Source of the DNA: Vulcanimicrobiota bacterium
Lineage (GTDB): Bacteria; Vulcanimicrobiota; Vulcanimicrobiia; Vulcanimicrobiales; Vulcanimicrobiaceae
Direction: 5' to 3'
Length of the DNA stretch: 64,000 bases
Assembly: GCA_963755555.1 (NCBI GenBank)
Contig: CAVWKE010000003.1
Span: 53,357 to 117,356, forward strand
Under the pieces are notes generated by a model, which saw nothing but the letters and a program-made list of their open reading frames with translations, did not search any database and was not told the origin of the DNA. Below, piece by piece: positions 62,187 to 64,000 of this stretch; the first letter of the stretch is position 1, and each line of letters starts with the position of its first letter. The position numbers and the translations under genes are program-made.

Positions 62187-62966
62187 GTGACGGCGATGAA
62201 CGGTACCTACTACGACCTCGAGCAGCGTTGGAAACAGCTGGGGCGCGACGGCGAACTGCGCGTCCGCGAAGTGGCCTGCGTCAACGCCGCGCGGACGCTG
62301 CTGTGCGCCGAACTGGGCGACCATAGCCGGCCTTCGATCGCGATCGTGACGGGCACGCACGGCGACGAACCGGCCGGTCCTTGGGCGCTGCTCGAACTTG
62401 CCGAATCCGACGCTCTCGATTCGGCGTTTTCCTATCGCTTGTGGCCGTGCGTGAACCCGACGGGCTACGACGCGCGCACTCGCACGAACGCCGAGGGCAG
62501 CGACGTCAATCGGACCTTTGGCCGCGGCGGCGGCTCGCCCGAGGCCAAGGCGATTCTCACGGCCAATCGCGATCGCAAGTTCCTCCTGTCGTTGGATTTG
62601 CACGAAGACGGCGATGCGGCGGGCTTCTACTGCTACGAGTACGGCGGCGGCGAGATCGGCCGCGCCGTCATTGCCGCGTTGGACGCCGCCGCGTTGCCCG
62701 TCGATCCGCTCGAAGCGACGTTCGCGACGGCCGGTCCGTTGGACGATGCGGCGTGCCGCCGCGAACGCGGCCGCATCGTGGCCGATCCCTTCGCCGAGGC
62801 CGCCATTTTAGGCGAGCTCTCGTATTCGCTGGCCATCGCTCGGCACGCCGCCCAACATGCGCTCACGTTCGAGACTCCGGCGGCCGCGGCGTGGGAGTTG
62901 CGCATAGCGATCCACCGCACGGCGGTTTGCACTGCTATCGCGGCGCTGGGGGAAATCGGCAAGTAA
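62187..62966 (+). CDS. M14-family zinc carboxypeptidase / succinylglutamate desuccinylase-aspartoacylase-like protein
   Basis: IVTGTHGDEPAG (HxxE zinc site), WPCVNPTGY, DVNRTF, LSLDLHED. GTG at 62187 or ATG at 62196. Confidence 0.75.
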   Translation: MTAMNGTYYDLEQRWKQLGRDGELRVREVACVNAARTLLCAELGDHSRPSIAIVTGTHGDEPAGPWALLELAESDALDSAFSYRLWPCVNPTGYDARTRTNAEGSDVNRTFGRGGGSPEAKAILTANRDRKFLLSLDLHEDGDAAGFYCYEYGGGEIGRAVIAALDAAALPVDPLEATFATAGPLDDAACRRERGRIVADPFAEAAILGELSYSLAIARHAAQHALTFETPAAAAWELRIAIHRTAVCTAIAALGEIGK

Positions 62967-62985
62967 CCAGCGCCGGCGGGCTCGA

Positions 62986-64000
62986 ATGACGAACCGTATG
63001 CCCGATCGCGACCGCCTCGAAATCGACGTTCTCTTCGTTGGGGCCGGACCGGCTACGCTGGCGGGCGCGATCCGCTTAGGGCAACTCGCCAAGGCCGGCG
63101 GCCGCGAACTCGAAATCTACGTCATCGAGAAGGGCGGCGAAGTCGGCAGTCACGGCATCTCCGGCGCCGTCATGGACCCGCGAGCGCTCGACGAGTTGTT
63201 GCCGGATTGGCGCGCGCAAGCCCCGGTCGAATCGCCCGTAACCAGCGACGAAATGTGGTATCTCACGCAAAGCGCAAAAATCAAAGCGCCGATCGTACCG
63301 CCGCCGCTGCGCAATCGTGGCAAGTACGTCGCATCGTTGCAGAAGATCGCCAAGTGGCTCGGTGAGAAGGCCGAAGAAGCCGGCGCGCAAGTCATTCCCG
63401 GTTTCCCTGGCCAGGAACTGCTCTGGGACGACGACGATCGCGTCGTCGGGGTTCGCACCGGCGACAAGGGACTCGACCACGCTGGTAACCGCAAATCGAA
63501 CTACGAGCCGGGCGCCGATATCCTGGCGAAGGTCGTGGTTCTCGGCGAAGGTCCACGCGGCACGCTCGCCAAGCAGGCGATTCCGCGGCTGGGTTTGGAC
63601 GACGGCCGCCAACCCCAAGTCTACGCCGCCGGCGTTAAAGAGTTATGGCACCTTCCCGACGATCGGTTTGCGGCCGGCGCCGTGGTTCATACGCTCGGGT
63701 TTCCGTTGCCTCCCGAAACGTTCGGCGGAGGCTTCATTTACGGAATGGCGGACAACGTGCTCGACATCGGGCACGTCACCGGTCTCGATTATCGGGATCC
63801 GACGACCGATTCGCACAACGAACTGCAGCGCATGAAAACCCATCCCGCGATCGCGGAGCTGCTCGCCGGCGGCACGCTGATCCGGTATGGCGCGAAAGCG
63901 ATACCGGAGGGCGGGCTCTTTGCCATGCCTCGCCCCTACGGCGACGGGCTATTGCTGATCGGCGACACCGCTGGATTTCTCAACGGGATGCGGCTCAAAG
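62986..64000 (+). CDS. Electron-transfer flavoprotein:ubiquinone oxidoreductase (ETF-QO), 3'-truncated by the window edge
   Basis: DVLFVGAGPATLAGAIRL (FAD GxGxxG), EKGGEVGSHGISGAV, VVLGEGPRGTLAK, GGGFIYGM, GAKAIPEGG, LIGDTAGFLN. The frame stays open to the window end, so it is absent from the ORF track. Confidence 0.9.
   Translation, partial: MTNRMPDRDRLEIDVLFVGAGPATLAGAIRLGQLAKAGGRELEIYVIEKGGEVGSHGISGAVMDPRALDELLPDWRAQAPVESPVTSDEMWYLTQSAKIKAPIVPPPLRNRGKYVASLQKIAKWLGEKAEEAGAQVIPGFPGQELLWDDDDRVVGVRTGDKGLDHAGNRKSNYEPGADILAKVVVLGEGPRGTLAKQAIPRLGLDDGRQPQVYAAGVKELWHLPDDRFAAGAVVHTLGFPLPPETFGGGFIYGMADNVLDIGHVTGLDYRDPTTDSHNELQRMKTHPAIAELLAGGTLIRYGAKAIPEGGLFAMPRPYGDGLLLIGDTAGFLNGMRLK

Overview
High-GC (by eye about two-thirds G+C, not computed), gene-dense bacterial chromosomal segment. 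I count about 60 protein genes and one tRNA. I found no rRNA, CRISPR array, transposase, integrase or phage genes. The window opens with the dnaG-rpoD pair. Next come secreted orphan proteins and a KGG stress protein. A co-directional block follows (mntP, a BioD-like P-loop protein, a MutS-family ATPase, a BKACE/Kce-like enzyme, two Opp/Dpp-type permeases), ending at tRNA-Leu(GAG). After the tRNA come a partner-less RND pump and a protease/cell-wall block (pepN, dacB, tldD, pmbA). Then come a malic enzyme, an orphan response regulator, a MocR-type regulator and a type III PKS with an ICMT-family methyltransferase. Further on are a beta-propeller/phosphoesterase fusion, an ABC-2 exporter and trxB. 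A roughly 14 kb minus-strand array (40728-54710) holds a 2-oxoacid dehydrogenase with two tandem E1-alpha genes, queD/queE, mqnB/mqnD, a NamZ-like gene, GlcD/GlcE-like oxidases, a DUF2600 (YtpB-like) terpene synthase, pepP and a YfcH-like gene. The window ends with a LOG/TIGR00725-like gene overlapping a beta-CASP nuclease gene, an M14 peptidase and a truncated ETF-QO gene. Most of this is ordinary core metabolism, and I see no self-contained, clearly novel system. The leads I rank highest are: (1) the BioD-like / MutS-like / BKACE trio, which has no aminomutase partner; (2) tRNA-Leu with a duplicated 3' half and inverted repeats but no integrase; (3) a 168-nt intergenic element bounded by 23-bp inverted repeats with internal hairpins; (4) the LOG-like plus beta-CASP overlapping pair; (5) the DUF2600 synthase behind GlcD/E-like oxidases; (6) the tandem E1-alpha paralogs; (7) a roughly 135-aa, four-helix insertion in the RND pump. 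Two genes (the MutS-like gene and the MocR-type gene) show single-nucleotide reading-frame breaks; these could be assembly errors or real. All functional calls come from recognising motifs and families by eye in the supplied translations. No database search, folding or statistics were run. Many long ORFs in the track are antisense or alternate-frame artefacts of the high GC content and were discarded.
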